The position numbers and the translations under genes are program-made. The notes under the pieces were generated by a model. The model did not search any database. It was not told the origin of the DNA and saw nothing but the letters and a program-made list of their open reading frames with translations. A stretch of DNA of 64,000 nt from Verrucomicrobiota bacterium. GTDB lineage: Bacteria; Verrucomicrobiota; Verrucomicrobiia; Limisphaerales; AAA164-E04. Positions 62,109 to 64,000 of the stretch are shown here, piece by piece. The stretch spans positions 3,392,001 to 3,456,000 of the forward strand of contig CP170459.1 in the NCBI GenBank assembly GCA_047947115.1. Reading direction: 5' to 3'. Every line of letters starts with the position of its first letter. The first letter of the stretch is position 1.

Positions 62109-63061
62109 TCCTGGGAGAGTAACCACCATTTCATTGTCCTTGAGACCACAGCTGATGCGTCTTGCTGAACGAAATGTCCTGCTTTTGGAACGGTCACAAG
62201 GGTGAGATTCCCATCAACCCAATCCCATGTTTGATTCAATCCATTTGAATTGAGAGCTGTATCCTTCAGTCCGTGGATGACCAGCACGGGACATTTGATG
62301 CGTATGTCTATATGAGGGACCGGTGAGGATGGGGCGGGTAGGTCGGGGTAGTTGCGTTTGTAGAACTCGAGCATGCCTTTGAAATTGGATCGTGTAAACG
62401 CCTCCACATATCGTTTGCGGGCCGATTCATCCGTGACCCATCCTGCCAGTGCGTCGGGTGTCATAGGCCGGCCGAAGAAAATGGTGGGATCGGTATGTGA
62501 ACCGTTTTTGAATGCCTGGGCGTAAGCGCTGTTTTTTCGTTGTTCTTCATTTTGAATCAACTCGCGCATGAAACCGTTTGGGTGGGGGAGGTTGAGGATG
62601 ATGAGTTTTTCAGTCATTTCCGGATGGGCAAATGCGAATTGCCATGCGACCGCGCCTCCCCAGTCATGACCCACCACAATGGCTTGTTTTGCCTGATTGG
62701 CCTGAATGACAGCTGCAATGTCGGAGACCAGGTGGACCATGTCATAGGATGCCGGAGCCTCGGGCTGGTCGCTTTGATTGTAGCCACGTTGATCCATGGC
62801 AACGACTTTGTAGTGATCCTTCAATACCTCCATTTGGTCACGCCAGGTGTACCAAAAATCAGGAAATCCATGCACCATCACCACCAGAGAACCCTCGCCG
62901 ATCGATGCGAAATGAATCTTGGTGCCTTGATTGTCAGCGTAACCATGTTGAACATCATCCCAAAGTTCAGCTTGAGAGGAAGTGATTATTAATCCGCTGG
63001 TAACCAGCATAAGGATCTGTTTAAAACAACTGTAAAAAAGGTGCACATTGGAAATCTTCAT
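62105..63061 (-). CDS. Alpha/beta hydrolase, epoxide hydrolase-like
   Basis: HGFPDFWYTW, DQRGY, GHDWGG (Asp nucleophile), GHFVQQD. Confidence 0.92.
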   Translation of the reverse strand: MKISNVHLFYSCFKQILMLVTSGLIITSSQAELWDDVQHGYADNQGTKIHFASIGEGSLVVMVHGFPDFWYTWRDQMEVLKDHYKVVAMDQRGYNQSDQPEAPASYDMVHLVSDIAAVIQANQAKQAIVVGHDWGGAVAWQFAFAHPEMTEKLIILNLPHPNGFMRELIQNEEQRKNSAYAQAFKNGSHTDPTIFFGRPMTPDALAGWVTDESARKRYVEAFTRSNFKGMLEFYKRNYPDLPAPSSPVPHIDIRIKCPVLVIHGLKDTALNSNGLNQTWDWVDGNLTLVTVPKAGHFVQQDASAVVSRTMKWWLLSQD

Positions 63062-63100
63062 GATCTGAGTTCTTTTCGAAAAGTGGTTAAAGTTGGGGCA

Positions 63101-63898
63101 TCATGCATGCATGACCTGACCTCCGTCGATGTTCAATACTTGTCCGGTGATGTGTTGTGCATGTTCTGAAGCCAGGAAGGTGGCCATGGAACCGAAAGAA
63201 GCCGGGTTCTGCCATTTCCCCAGGGGGGAAACATGTTTGATTTTTGCTTCCGCCCAGTCCTCATAACTTTGGCGTTTTTCTTCCGGAAGCAGTTCCTGTC
63301 CCGCTTGCCACACCGATCGGTTTAGATCTGATTGCACCATGCCGGGAGAAAGTGCGTTGGCTCGCACTTGGTATGGGGCGAGGTCTTTGGCGACGCATTG
63401 CATGAAGTTAATGAGGGCTGCTTTGGCGGCGCTGTAGGGTGGATCGGTCTGGGATCCGATCTGCCCGGCCACTGAAGTTAGAAAGGTGATGGTGCCGGAA
63501 TTGTTTTGGATGGCATGTCGTGCAAATGCATGAGCCACATGGACCGCTCCCATCATGTTGATGTCCCAGACACGTGGCCAGTCCGATGGTTCAAGATTCC
63601 AGAATGGGAAGCCGAATTTACCAGAACCGACTCCTGCGGTGTAAATGACGTGATCGATTCGATTCCAGGTTTCCAGGCATTGATCAAAACCCTGTTTTAC
63701 AGCTTCGTAATGGGTGACGTCACCTCGAATCCCCATGGCGGTGGATGGTAATGAATCAGCCAAAGCCACCGTCGATGGGTGGTTGTCAAACAAACACACC
63801 TGACATCCTTCCCCGGCAAAACTGTTTGCGATCGCGTGGCCAATCGTGCCAGCGCCTCCAACCACCATTGCTACCTGATTTTTTAGATGTAGATCCAT
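63101..63898 (-). CDS. Short-chain dehydrogenase/reductase
   Basis: GGAGTIG, YSAAK, NALSPG, ITGQVLNIDGG. Confidence 0.93.
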   Translation of the reverse strand: MDLHLKNQVAMVVGGAGTIGHAIANSFAGEGCQVCLFDNHPSTVALADSLPSTAMGIRGDVTHYEAVKQGFDQCLETWNRIDHVIYTAGVGSGKFGFPFWNLEPSDWPRVWDINMMGAVHVAHAFARHAIQNNSGTITFLTSVAGQIGSQTDPPYSAAKAALINFMQCVAKDLAPYQVRANALSPGMVQSDLNRSVWQAGQELLPEEKRQSYEDWAEAKIKHVSPLGKWQNPASFGSMATFLASEHAQHITGQVLNIDGGQVMHA

Positions 63899-64000
63899 GT
63901 GATTTTTTGTCGGAGACCGATCGGTCGATTGCGTTGGCTCAGGCCATTGTTCACGCGAGCGATGTCACGGAAGCTGGCGGCCATTCAAGTTGAGGTGTGT

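Overview
A 64 kb bacterial chromosomal segment with gene content typical of the PVC superphylum, most likely Verrucomicrobiota. This is inferred from the DUF1501/PSD1-cytochrome and DUF1552/DUF1592 pairs, three H-X9-DG prepilin-type genes, DUF1080 genes and a sulfatase. Housekeeping genes (nadC, probable birA, ffh, polX, an RNA m5C methyltransferase) are interspersed with many secreted proteins. No rRNA, tRNA, CRISPR array, integrase or transposase was recognised. Two accessory regions stand out. (1) An AT-rich four-gene island (about 15.9-19.1 kb) encodes a putative DNA-binding protein with a palindrome inside its own gene and a secreted protein whose eight cysteines are spaced as an exact mirror image (33-33-7-16-7-33-33) around a hydrophobic Pro-Gly-Pro tip. 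That spacing predicts a disulfide-stapled helical-hairpin rod. A membrane-anchored protein and a lipoprotein follow, making this a candidate toxin/immunity or membrane-targeting system. (2) An operon (19.1-31.6 kb) holds three tandem ~1170 aa LVIVD-repeat paralogues, a pseudopilin and an FGE-fold protein, and carries four precisely locatable lesions, including a 13 bp tandem repeat whose copy number sets the reading frame. All family assignments were made by eye from motifs; no database search was run.
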